DNA of 64,000 nt from contig OX597820.1 in the NCBI GenBank assembly GCA_951406725.2, positions 52,452,001 through 52,516,000 on the forward strand, in the 5' to 3' direction. Below, piece by piece: positions 14,160 to 27,587 of this stretch. The translations under genes and the position numbers were made by a program. Under the pieces are notes generated by a model, which did not search any database, was not told where the DNA came from, and saw only the letters and a list, made by a program, of their open reading frames with translations. The DNA comes from Octopus vulgaris. Lineage: Eukaryota. Numbering within the stretch: the first letter of the stretch is position 1; every line of letters starts with the position of its first letter.

Positions 14160-14590
14160 ACATTTGGCGCTTTTGAACTCAGAAACATAAAGATCGAAGA
14201 AATGCCGCTAACCATTTTGTCTGGAGTGCAAATGAATCTGCCAACTCGCCGCCTTATCCGCTTTAATAATTATCCTTTCTACTATAGGCACAAAGCTTGA
14301 AATTTGGTGGGAAGAGAATACTCAGTTACATCCAACCCAGTGTTTCGGTGGTCCTTATTTATCGACCCCGAAATGATGAAAAGCAAAGTCGACCCCGGCG
14401 AAATTTGTACTCAGAACATAAAAGACAGACGAAATGCCGCTAAGCCTAAAATCTGGAGATGGGGAATATTACATCGACCCGGTATTTCATAGGCACTTAT
14501 TTTATCGAGCTGAAGGGACTAGAGGCAAATTCGCAGAATTTGAACAGTAAAGACGGACGAAATGCTGTGAGCATTTTGCCCGGCGGCGTT
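14160..14590 (-). mobile_element. Cluster of degenerate SINE family B fragments
   Basis: Repeated tttatcgaccccgaaatgatgaaa...gtcgacc, tttgaactcagaac and gacgaaatgccgctaa segments. Confidence 0.7.
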
Positions 14591-14591
14591 T

Positions 14592-15248
14592 GCAGCGGCG
14601 GCGCAGCAGCAGCAGCGGCGGCAGCAGCGAGCAGCAGCAGCGGCGGCGGCAGCGGCGGCGGCAGCAGCGGCGGCGGCGTAGCAGCGGCGGCGGCAGCAGC
14701 AGCGGCGGCAGCAGCGGCGGCGGCAGCAGCGGCGGCGGCAGCAGCGGCGGCGGAAGCAGCGGCGGCAGTAGCGGCAGTAGCGGCGGCGGCAGCAGCGGCG
14801 GCGGCGGCAGCAGCGGCAGCAGCGGCAGCAGCGGCAGCAGCGGCGGCGTAGCGGCGGCAGCAGCGGCGGCAGCGGCGGCGGCGGCAGCAGCGGCGGCGGC
14901 AGCAGCGGCGGCGGCAGCAGCGGCGGCGGCAGCAGCGGCGGCGGAAGCAGCGGCGGCAGTAGCGGCAGCAGCAGCGGCGGCAGCAGCGGCGGCAGCGGCA
15001 GCAGCGGCAGCAGCGGCAGCAGCGGCGGCAGCAGCGGCAGCAGCAGCGGCGGCAGCAGCGGCAGCAGCGGCGGCAGCAGCGGCAGCAGCGGCGGCAGCGG
15101 CAGCAGCAGCGCGGCAGCAGCGGCGGCGGTAGCAGCGGCGGCGGCAGCAGCGGCGGCGGTAGCAGCGTCGGCGGTAGCAGCGGCGGCGGCAGCAGCGGCG
15201 GCGGTAGCAGCGGCGGCGGCAGCAGCAGCGGCGGCAGCAGCGGCGGCG

Positions 15249-15318
<70 letters not shown>

Positions 15319-15331
15319 CAGCAGCAGCAGC
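14592..15331. repeat. GC-rich compound (GCG/GCA/GTA)n trinucleotide repeat ending in (TAG)n
   Basis: Direct reading; ~740 bp. Confidence 0.95.
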
Positions 15332-16880
15332 ACGGGGCCCAAGCTTTGGGTTATCTTAAAGGTGATGCCAACATCGTTTGAGCAATGCTGATGGAATATT
15401 TTCTACATCATGCAAATGATGTAGCGCTCACAGTGACATTGGAAAGAAAACAGGTTGAGCTTTTCTAGTTGACCCTAATAGTCAAGGTTTACATGCCATC
15501 TATTTTTCTTTTTTGTAATTGACATTTGGGATGGTTCAAATTTATACTTTGTTTCGTGTAGGGAGACCAGAGTGGACAACAGTATTGAAGAGGGGGGGGT
15601 CGGACAAAAGTGGAGACGAGAAGAATAATGTTGTGGATATCTCTCGACTGGAAAGATCTGAGAATTCAGGAACAAATTCTGCAGGTCATGTCAACTTTGC
15701 TGTTATGAGCGACGCAGCTTATGTTGTTCACAATTACTCCCAAGTCTCTGATGTTGTTGGATGCCATGAGAGTTTCACTTGAAGGAGGGAAATATGGGAG
15801 TTTCAGGGTATCCTCTTTACCGAAGCGGATTACTCCAAGTTTGTTCTCGTTCAGCAGCATATTGTTCTTTTCCGCCCATTGGATGACAGACCTGTCTGAA
15901 GGCATGTCTGGTCACTCACTTCATTGATGACTCTCTGGAGATTGGAATCATCTGTAATGATTCTTATGCTGCTGTGCTTGATGATGTCAGTAATGTCATT
16001 AATGTAGATGATGAATAGAAGTGGGCCCAACACAGTGCCTTGTGGAACACCACAACTGACTTTGGCTGGGTTTGATTTTACTCATACGACTATAACGTGT
16101 TGGGTTGTGTCTGTCAGGAAATATTTGCTCCGTTGTATAATAGCATCATTCCATAGACACCCATGTTGTATGGTATTTCCAAGAGAATCTTATGATCAAC
16201 TCTGTCAAAGGGCTTGCTGAAATCAAGGTAGATGACATCGGTGATAGAACCCTCTCCCAAAGCTCTCAAAATGTCAGCAAAGTGATGCAGGAGCGGCGTT
16301 AGGCAGTTCCTTCCATTACGGAGCCCATGCTGGTTGGGGTTCAGCAATCTGTTGCATTCAAGAAAGTGGGTTATTCGTGATCTCACCACATTCTCAAAAA
16401 CCTTAATGATATGAGAGCTGAGCGAAATCGGACGATAGTTCACTGCACGGGATTTGTTTCCCTTTTTGAAAACTGGAACAACAGACTGGGGCTGAAAGGT
16501 TTCAGGAATATTGCCAGCATCCAGTGAGTTGCTCCACAGATTAGTAAGAGGAGATGCAGGTTGGTGTCGACACACCTTCAGGACACAAGCAGGGAACCTA
16601 TTAGGGCCTACTGCTTAATTGTGCTTAATTTCGTTTATTGCTGCAAAGGCATCAGGGACGCCAAACGTTATGTCTGATATAGCGTATTGAGGATTAACAT
16701 CACTGATACAACCTACATCAGCCATATCAGGATTACTGAAAACAGAGCAATATTGTTTTTACAGTATCTCACTCACGGTGTTGGTATTTTCTTGGAGTGT
16801 GACCCTGTATTTTTTCGCAAGAGAAGAACACTTTGGGGTTGAATTTGATTTTCTCAATGGCCCATTTCTCGTCAGTTAAT
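15332..16880 (-). pseudogene. LINE (CR1/L2-like) reverse transcriptase fragment, truncated and frameshifted
   Basis: NYRPISLSSHIIKVFE, NQHGLRNGRNC, DVIYLDFSKPFDRVDHKILL, GVPQGTVLGPLLFIIYINDI, ITDD (FADD-equivalent), IRDLGVIV. Confidence 0.92.
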
Positions 16881-16894
16881 TGAACATATTAAAA

Positions 16895-16927
<33 letters not shown>

Positions 16928-17829
16928 GTGTGTATGTATTAATATATTCTTTCTTATGGGTGTGAGTTATTGGTTATTTAACTGTTTGTTGGTAAACACG
17001 TGGTTACAAATATGTATATAAACGGTCAGATTGGTATTGTAGCTGAGTTCTTTGCTGCTGAATTTGGGAGAGAGATGAAAACACATGTATACATATATGT
17101 ATATATACATGTATATGTGTCTGTGTGTATATACATAAATATATATATACACATTTTAATTTTCTCTCTCTCCCTCTCTCTCCCCTTTCTCTCTCTCTCT
17201 CTATATATATATATACACACACACACATGTGCAAGTATAGGCTTATAGAATATTATATATATACATATATATAAATTCACGCGGGTATATATGTGTGTAT
17301 ATATATGTGTGTGTGCATATACATATACATACATAAAACAAATTATATATGTATATTTACATCATCAATCCATATACACATATATGCATACATATTTGTG
17401 TGTATACGTTTGTTTGTACTTATATGTGTGCATATAATAAATATATTCGTGTGTGCTTTCCATTAAATTCGTTGACACCATTATTCTGACATCTTCATTT
17501 TTTGACACGAAATAAAATACTATTTTCACACGATAAGGCCAAAGTTTTATTAAATAAAGGCCTGGGGCGTCATTTTTTTTCAGACGAACTGGAAGGCATA
17601 GCATTCAACACTGGGACAAAGCCAACAATGATATTAATGCCTCTGACCACAACCACAATATTTGCTATTTTGGTGACGAGTATCTCCACGATTATGACGA
17701 CAGCGAGAATTCCGGTAACCACGACAACGATAAAAAAAACGAAGACAACGATGATGAGGATATTGATGTTTTGCTCACACACACATCAGTGTTTCCAATA
17801 ATAAATATAACAACAACAATACCACAGAT

Positions 17830-18277
17830 TTGCTCGTCAGCTGTTTGACATTAACAAGTTGAGCATGTCACTTAGTGGTTGACGATATGTGCATCTCTGA
17901 TCACAAGCAGGACTAGTGGGAGAGCATCATAGCTATGCATTGAGAGGAACTTTTGGGGGTTTGGATAATTCACCTCTGGACACATGGGAGTTTCATTCAA
18001 CATCCTTAAACAATCATTATTTAGGGACATTTTGAGCAGGATGGGCTATTCGACCTGGAGAAGATTCTAACTGGGCCCACCTGCAACGTTATGCGCTGTT
18101 TATCTCCATATGAGATCACCATGTCGAGCACATATGGTTGTGATGAATGTGCTTGCTGTGCCCTAATCAGACGGGTAGTCACGATGGGTATATTGGATTC
18201 GTATATTGGTACCTCAGTGTTACTTTGATGGCATGCACTGCTCTCTCTCTCATTCAACAATAAAAATAATAATAATC
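17830..18277 (+). mobile_element. Probable retroelement 3' portion with (AAT)n tail
   Basis: Complex, relatively GC-richer block ending in aataaaaataataataat; single copy in this window, so family not verified. Confidence 0.4.
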
Positions 18278-18455
18278 AGACGCAGGAGTGGCTGTGTGGT
18301 AAGTAGCTTGCTTACAAACCACATGGTTCTGGGTTCAGTCCCACTGCATGGCACTTGGGCAAGTGACTTCTACTATAGTTTCGGGCCGACCAAAGCCTGA
18401 TGAGTGGATTTGGTAGACGGAAACTGAAAGAAGTCCGTCGTATATATATATATAT
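18278..18455 (+). mobile_element. SINE family A 5' half
   Basis: Matches 383-545 and stops at the internal TA tract. Confidence 0.9.
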
Positions 18456-18476
18456 GTTTGGAAAACTCATATGTGT

Positions 18477-18565
18477 TTTGGCTGATGAATACGGGACATT
18501 TGTATTTGCTGCAATATTTTCAGCTTTTAATAAATCTGTTCTTCGTATGAAACAATTGTACTGAA
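18477..18565 (+). ncRNA. Type-I hammerhead ribozyme with extended stem II
   Basis: tttgg-CTGATGA-atacg...(50 nt)...cgtat-GAAAC-aatt-GTA-ctgaa; intact core, palindromic ACAATTGT stem III, GUA cleavage triplet. Confidence 0.7.
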
Positions 18566-18607
18566 CAACTAATCCATTCTTGTTGCTTTTTTCTTGTTTA
18601 TATACAT

Positions 18608-18666
<59 letters not shown>

Positions 18667-18749
18667 GGTCCCGGGTTGATTCGGGGTTAACCACAGTAAA
18701 TAAGGTACTCAATACATAGCAGAGTAAAATTAATTTATTATATAGAAGG

Positions 18750-18800
18750 AGCTTCTACAGGACTAGAACTGTTTCATTCAAGAGAAATCTTCAGGAAGCT
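18750..18800 (-). ncRNA. Type-I hammerhead ribozyme (left IR arm)
   Basis: Reverse complement of 20112-20162. Confidence 0.7.
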
Positions 18801-19403
18801 AGTTAACAAGAATTGTATTGGCATTTATACATTTAGGCAGGTTTAAAGGGGTGTTGGTGGGGGACTTTTTGGGGGTAGGCATAGCGCAAAATATCATACT
18901 TGGGGGAGTGGTCAAGGAGTCAGTGTTAAATTAGATAGAAGAATAAATAAAAAAATAAAAAAATATATATATAAAAAAAAGGGGATAGAGTTTTAGGTAA
19001 ATAAGGGGATTCTCACTTATACCTATGCACATATGTATACATATATACACACACATACAAACATATATACATATACAAACACACATACATACACACACAC
19101 ATATATACATATATATACACTTACCCATACATATACATATCTACACATACACATATATGTATACATACACACACTCACATGCATACACGTATACACACAT
19201 GTATATATACACACACGACCACACATACATATACACACAGAAAAATATATATACACATACACACACATACTCACATACACGCATACACACACATATCCAC
19301 ACACACACATGCACACACAGCACACTAGTCCCTATATACACATATATACACATACACACATATATATACACACACATACATATACTTACATATATATATA
19401 TAC

Positions 19404-19434
<31 letters not shown>

Positions 19435-19845
19435 CATATGTGTACCTATGCATACCTACACATACACACATATATATACACATACAAATACAGACCCATT
19501 CCCTAATTTTAATTTTATTATCTTCATTTATTACTTTTGTTATCTTTGACCGCTGGTCACAAACATCTTGGCTATGACAGCCAGTCCATTTATCTGTCTA
19601 TTGGAAAACAAGCATTCATTCACTCACGCACACTCTTTAGCACGTACACTCACTCATTCGTACACTCATACACATACACGCACGCACGCGTTATATTCAT
19701 ACATACATACATCTACATACATTCACGTATATACACATACGTACGCGTACCTACAGATTCATGTCTACACTCTTAGAAGGCTAGTCTATACATATACACC
19801 AATAAATATAAATACACACACATACATATACACCTACATACAAAT

Positions 19846-19879
<34 letters not shown>

Positions 19880-20111
19880 ACTCACATATATATACACGAG
19901 AATCCCCTTATTTACCTAAAACTCTATCCCCTTTTTTTTATATATATATTTTTTTATTTTTTTATTTATTCTTCTATCTAATTTAACACTGACTCCTTGA
20001 CCACTCCCCCAAGTATGATATTTTGCGCTATGCCTACCCCCAAAAAGTCCCCCACCAACACCCCTTTAAACCTGCCTAAATGTATAAATGCCAATACAAT
20101 TCTTGTTAACT

Positions 20112-20162
20112 AGCTTCCTGAAGATTTCTCTTGAATGAAACAGTTCTAGTCCTGTAGAAGCT
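20112..20162 (+). ncRNA. Type-I hammerhead ribozyme (right IR arm)
   Basis: agcttc-CTGAAGA-t-ttc(tctt)gaa-t-GAAA-cag(ttctagtc)ctg-TA-gaagct; 6-bp stem I; GUA triplet with predicted cut after 20156. Confidence 0.7.
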
Positions 20163-20176
20163 CCTTCTATATAATA

Positions 20177-20239
<63 letters not shown>

Positions 20240-20240
<1 letters not shown>

Positions 20241-20436
20241 GTGTGTATATCTTTGTGTGTCTGAGTTTGTTCCCCGAACATTGTTTGTCTGATGCTGGTG
20301 TGTTTACGTCTCCGTAACTTAGCGGTTCGGTAAAACAGACCGATATAATAAGTCCTGGGATCGATTTGCTCGACTAAAGATGGTGCTCCAGCATGGCCGC
20401 AGTCAAATGACTGAAACAAATAAAAGAGTAAAAGAA
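20240..20436 (+). mobile_element. SINE family A 3' half
   Basis: gatgctggtgtgtttacgtc...cttagcggttcgg...ccagcatggccgcagtcaaatgactgaaacaa tail. Confidence 0.9.
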
Positions 20437-20678
20437 TATCTCTTTTATTAGCCGCAGGGGCATAGAAGAGGCGGACATTACAAGGTCAGACAACAATTTA
20501 TTAGGGGAAATTTACGTAAAGTGTGGGGAGAAAGAAATACAAAAAGTCGATGAAATGCGATTAAAATACGTATTGTATACAAAATATGTGATTACATGAA
20601 CGATGCGGTCCTTCTGATACAGGAGAAACTCTTAAGCTATACTAGGAATCCCACAGATTTAGGATTACTTTGACAACT

Positions 20679-20737
20679 GCTGACACCGTAGTACATCTCC
20701 AGCGTTAGAAGCTGCGCAAAGACAAGAAAAAGAAGAA

Positions 20738-20768
<31 letters not shown>

Positions 20769-20801
20769 AAGAAGAAGAAGAAGAAGAAGAAGAAGAAGAA
20801 G

Positions 20802-20803
<2 letters not shown>
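20679..20803 (+). mobile_element. Short 3'-end copy of an (AAG)n-tailed retroelement
   Basis: gctgacaccgtagtacatctccagcgttagaagctgcgcaaagacaag + (AAG)n; inverted match at 21001-21146. Confidence 0.6.
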
Positions 20804-20834
<31 letters not shown>

Positions 20835-21000
20835 AACAATTACAACAGCAACAACAACGACGACGACGACAACAACAAAGGCTTTATTACTTAGGCAGAA
20901 CGCCAACAATTTTAAGGGGAATGACTTATCTTACCCCATCGTTTCCAATACTTGACTGGTAAACTATCTTATCACTCGTGAGGTGATGAAAGGCAAATTT

Positions 21001-21600
21001 TTCTTCTTCTTCTTCTTCTTCTTCTTCTTCTTCTTCTTCTTCTTCTTCTTCTTCTTCTTCTTCTTCTTCTTCTTCTTCTTCTTCTTCTTCTTCTTCTTCT
21101 TGTCCTTGCGCAGCTTCTAACGCTGGAGATGTACTACGGTGTCAGCTGTTCACTACCAGTGAAATATTGTCCGACTTCTAAGAGAGTGCGACTGATCCGC
21201 ACATCAATATTCTAAATTGTGACCAGATAAGGTCCACTTGACTGATTGGCCTGAAGCCCTCTCAGTTTCAAACCTCAGACCAACAGATGAGCTCCTTCAT
21301 TTCTCAGTTGATTTTCGATTCCCACTACAATGGAATCTGAACCTCTCTACTGACATGCTCCTTTTTCCACTGCTATCCATGGACACCGGTCTTAATTTCT
21401 CTCCCTGCCTTTTTCCACCATATTGTGTGCATCATCTGTGTTCCCTCATTCATCAGTGCTTACCATAGACCATCAGATATTTAGGATTTTAGCCCTATTC
21501 TTGTCCTTATTGCAAGCTTCAAATTGCAGCAGGTTAATTGTCACATGGACCGTAACTTACGGAGACAATTGGGCACCGTATTTTGCAACAGGCCTACCAA
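21001..21600 (-). mobile_element. Longer copy of the (AAG)n-tailed retroelement 3' region
   Basis: (TTC)n then the reverse complement of 20679-20725, continuing into complex sequence; 5' boundary uncertain. Confidence 0.5.
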
Positions 21601-22712
21601 GTTGTTTATACGATAGATCTAAATGGCATATGACATGTATTGAGAGAGAAAGATGACGAGTGTATTTTTATTGATTTGAGATTTTGGCGCAAAGTCGGCT
21701 ATTTAGGGGATAGGAGTAAGTCGTGCTTATTTTATCAAACCCGAAAGGGTAAAAAGCAAAATCGACATCAGCAGAATTCGAACTCGGAAGGCAAACACAA
21801 ACGAAATCCTGTTAAGTATTTTGCCTGGTGTGCTAATGGCTTAGTCAGCTCGCTGCCCTACGACACACTTAATACCACGCTTACAACGTCCTATTTTTTG
21901 GAGTGTAATGCAATGTGTGATCCACAAACTCAGCCTACACCAATTGTTCCGTCCTTATTTTCTAAAAGGTTTTCTTTCTTTTTTCACCGATGGAGAAATA
22001 GCCGATATATGCCCCAAACACGTCTAATTGTGACTTTTCTTTTATGATATTTATGGTTATGCATGAACTTTTAAAGTAAAGTGAACCTTTACCTTTTTTT
22101 CCCAAATGGCATTTTATGATCACAAAATACTCTCAAGAAATTTCCTTCTCCGATAACGAAACTAAATCTGCTCCCTTTCTCGCTTTCACCGTAATTTTCT
22201 TCGTTTGACAACAAGTGTATGTACGCCTGTGTGTTGCATTTTTTTATGTATTCCGAGCGAATTTGCTTTTTCGGATATTAAATTATGACTCGCTGTACTT
22301 GAAAGTGAAATATTTTCTAGCTATTTTTCGTCAGAATTTCTTTTAATTCGATTTCGCTTGTTCAAAGATGAACACAACGTTCTTTCTTAAAGAGACATCG
22401 AGTTTTTCTCTTTCCTGTTATTAGCTCTTACAGCTTCTCTTGAACAGGAAACCATATTGACAACAATTGTAAACAAAATTTCGAAAAACAAAAATTAGCT
22501 TCTAAAACAGATCTCGTCTCCATTTTTGTTATTGAGGTAGACGCGCCGTTTTCCGACATTCTCTTTCGAGAATAATTCAAACAGGGAGAAAAAAGAATTT
22601 CATATTTTAACACTTCTTAATAATCCATAATTTTCTGCCAACACTGCAGCATGTGCGCACAGGAAGAAATTCAGAAATTTATAACAAAAATAGCAACAAC
22701 AGCAATGTAGCA

Positions 22713-22762
22713 GTGATGACGACGACGACGATGACGATGATGATGACGATGATGATGATGAC

Positions 22763-22823
<61 letters not shown>

Positions 22824-22905
22824 ATGATGATGATGATAATAATGATGGCGAGGACGACGACGACGATGATGATGATGATGATGATGACGATGATGGTGGT
22901 GGTAT
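22713..22905 (+). repeat. (GAT/GAC/GGT)n compound microsatellite
   Basis: Direct reading. Confidence 0.95.
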
Positions 22906-23257
22906 TGTTGGTCTTGTTTTTGTTGTTGCACTACTTCCGCTTTTGCATACAGCATTTTCATACAGCATTCCGTTGTTCTGCCGGTATTCGACTGCTTGAT
23001 ATCATGCCTCATTCCGGAAACTAAAGTGACTGGCACCTTCCTCTCCGTCAAATGCTGCGCCAAGCGAACAGGCCTTGTGCTGAATCAATCATAACCAATG
23101 AAATTTCTTGTAACTCTCCATAAGACTCGAACTATACTTGAATCAATGATGATTTTGCGGCATAACCGATTAGCCCCTTACCCTCAAAAAGTTTCAGGCC
23201 TCCTGCTTAGAATAGATTATTACTGTTCTTCTTGCTGCTGCTACTACTGATACTGCT

Positions 23258-23295
<38 letters not shown>

Positions 23296-23625
23296 TGTCG
23301 TTGTTGTTTTGGGTGGTTATGATGGGGGTGTTGGTGGTTGTCGTGACGCTGGTGGTGTAAGAGATATTGTTGTTATTCTTGTCGTTCGTCTTCGTGTTCT
23401 TACTGTTATTACTGTTTTCCTTTGTTATTAATGAAGCTTACGCATATGTGTGTGTAGAGATACAAATTCTTGCATATGTGTGTCTGTATGTATATATGCG
23501 TGTATATGTGTGTATATGCGTGCATGTACGTGTGAGTGTATGTATATGTGCGTTTGTGTGTACGGAGAGGGAGACAGAAATCTAGATATTAGTATATGTC
23601 GATGTATCTCAGGGTATACAAAATG

Positions 23626-24039
23626 TATTTCTTTATTGCCCACAAGGGGATAAACATAGAGGAGACAAACAAGGACAGACAAACGGATTATCTCCATTAC
23701 TTCGATTCCAGTGCGTAACTGGTACTTAATTTATCGACCTCGAAATGATGAAAGGCAAAGTCGAACTCGGCGGAATTTGAACTCAGAACGTAACGGCAGA
23801 CGAAATACCTATTTCTTTACTACCCACAAGAGGCTAAACACAGAGAGGACAAACAAGGACAGACAAACGGATTAAGTCGATTATATCGACCCCAGTGCGT
23901 AACTGGTACTTATTTAATCAACCCCGAAAGGATGAAAGGCAAAGTCTACCTCGGCGGAATTTGAACTCAGAACGTAACGGCAGACGAAATACCGCTAATC
24001 ATTTCGCCCGGCGTGCTAACGATTCTGCCAGCACGCCGC
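23626..24039 (-). mobile_element. SINE family B, partial-tandem dimer
   Basis: Full unit ~23808-24039 followed by a second 5'-truncated unit ~23626-23807. Confidence 0.85.
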
Positions 24040-26286
24040 ACAGAAATTAATATACATGTAACTTCCCTTCGTTACTGTCTCCCACAGTTTTCTGTTTATA
24101 ATATTTATGCAATTTCTGCCTTAAAATATTTTTTCAGTTAACTCTATCTCCTATTGCAAGTCCGAAGCTGTTTTTTTTCCCCTGCTAAATAAAGCAGTCA
24201 ATTATCTCTCAAATTGCATCTCAACATTTTAAGAATGGAGTGGCTCGTTGCAAAATGCAATCTTAATCAAAATTTATATTATATTACAAACTGAATGCTT
24301 TATGAGGGGAACTCTGATCAACTTTTACTGAATTATATCTCACCTGTCCTCAACAGCATAAACAGCAATTCATTTTCTCTTTTCAATTTTTCTTTATCAT
24401 CATCCCCATCAGCAGCATAGCATGGACTTGGCTATAACTACCACACTACCAACATCATCATTCATTTAAAGTTATTGCTACCATGGCAGTTGTGATTCTT
24501 GAAGTAATTAGTATGGCTATTATTTCAGAGTGAGTCCCAAGCTTTTACATCGTTGCATAGAACTTAAATCTTCCTCGACAATCGCTCCAGGGAATATATA
24601 TTTCATACCGCACTATTTGGTAATACGTTTTAGTAATGTTCGCTATTAGTTTCCCCTTGTAGCAATAAATAAACGTGCCTATATCTATCCGTATAAGTAA
24701 TTTCTGAAAGCGTGTACAAATGGGAATAAATATCAACCTATCATCTCATATGTAAGTATACACATATTAGATGGTTGAGGCATTACTTAACGACTATATT
24801 TTATTTACTTATTCATTACATATATTTCTGTCCTTTACTCCTAAGTTATGTCATCATGGAAATAGTAGAGGTTTGACATGATGTATCTAGGCTGCAGCAG
24901 CAAATTTTGTACACGTAAAAATAAATGATGAAACACAACATCTACAGGGGAATGAATAGGATCGGCTCTACAGGCTGCACAATTTTGAAGACTGAATCTG
25001 CGGACATAACAGGATTATTTAGAGCAATTTATGCAACCACAGTCATGGTTTTATCTGAGAAGAATTTCCAATTCCAGAAAAGATAGGTGCATGAAATGCA
25101 TAAAGTATATAGATTAGCAATAGTTTATAGATTAGCTGTTATGCACTTAGAAATGCTTTACTAAACTCAGGTGCAAAAACAGCTTTTGTAGAACGAAGAT
25201 AGTAATAGATTTGGTGATGCAGAAACTGTGTACGTTGTCACAGAGAATAGAGAGAGAGAGAGTGGGGAGAGACAGACAGACAAAGATTCAAGACATCATA
25301 AAAGCAATTGTTACAATAGTTCCGATCTCTATTGAAATGTTGAATGTGAGAGAGACAAAGGCCCGGATATAGCCTTCCGTGGGGACATTGACTGAAGAGG
25401 TTGCTAAGAGCAAGGCACAACACCATTTGATTATAACGGAATCAACGTTGTAAAATTATTCCTCTTGCTGGTTTGAAGAAACCGTAACGGTTTTGTTTCC
25501 GTTATTTCTTTCTGTTCCTTTATTTTTTGTTTCTTTTTCTACATGCGCTGTCAATGCGTACATGATTGTCATATGAGCAAAGTGGATAAAGAGAGCTTGG
25601 AAGTAGTTGTGCCGTATGCAAACACCGTCGAATTGTACACAATGTGAACAGGAATGTAGAAGTTTCAGAATGTGAAATATAATTTTAAAATATAGAGCAC
25701 ATTTCCCATCTCTCTATGAAATGTAGATATTTACCTAAATATGTCTAATTGCGATACTTTTCTTCTATAGGGAATATATTGTTGCTTCTACAGCTTTATT
25801 CATGCTGGGTTTGTAAATCCTAGTCATACCTAGCCCTGTTTTATTATACACGAAGCATTCTGTTCTAGGAAGTATTAGCGTTGTTAAAACCTGTCTTCGT
25901 GGCTTCCCGCCATCTAAAACAGATCAGGATGGGGTCTTTATATGTTCTCTGTCCTTAGTAGATATAACAGCCAAATGTTATATAAATTATAAGTTCTTAG
26001 GTAGGAGACAATATTCAGTAAAGTAGTTCTTGATATAAACTGTGTCTAAATTGTTTATTTCGTTTTATGGCTGCTTGGCAAGCAATCATTATTAAAAATA
26101 TTGGCCTATGCCCGAGGTAACCATAGGCTACTGATTGATATCAACTTACACGTCATCTTGCAGAACTGAGATGATTGCAAATTTCATGAAATTTATAACT
26201 TCTCATTTATCCACGACATTCATTCTTATACTTTACAAGTGTCTAATAAATAACTGTGTACAAGTAGTTCTGTTAACGATATACGC

Positions 26287-26327
<41 letters not shown>

Positions 26328-26727
26328 AACATATATATGCACATATAAAAGACACATATATATATATATATATGTGTGTATATGTGTGTATATATGTGTG
26401 TGTAGGTGAGTATATAAAGAGATAGGATGTATAGAACATACACATAAACGCACACACACACGCACACAAGCGCACGCGCACACACGCACGGACACGCACG
26501 CACACACTCACTCATGCACACGTACACAGTAGACACACCTTTTGTATAAACCGGTAAGTAGTATTGTTTATTTTTTTGGTTTTGCCATCTTAAAACCGCC
26601 ATGTTTGAAATATATCTTGAGTTTTGAAGACGTTTTGTTGTGCCTTAGAGTGAAGTCGTTAATTGGTTATCAATATTGAAGATGCTATAAATCAGAACGC
26701 AACACATTCGGACTTGCAACATACCAA

Positions 26728-27587
<860 letters not shown>

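Larger units (their letters stand above)
18662..20180 (+). mobile_element. Non-autonomous Penelope-like element: inverted pLTR, microsatellite-rich body, pLTR
   Basis: 282-bp inverted repeat 18733-19014 / 19898-20179, each arm with a hammerhead followed by AATAAA; flanked by (TA)n. Confidence 0.75.

Noticed and set aside
14459-15342. Poly-Ala/Gly-Ser ORFs as a transcription factor exon
   Set aside because: Register shifts, no flanking domain, bounded by SINE and LINE debris
22428-22613. Minus-strand ORF MSENGASTS... with a possible donor
   Set aside because: No recognisable domain, and splice-like signals occur on both strands; unsupported
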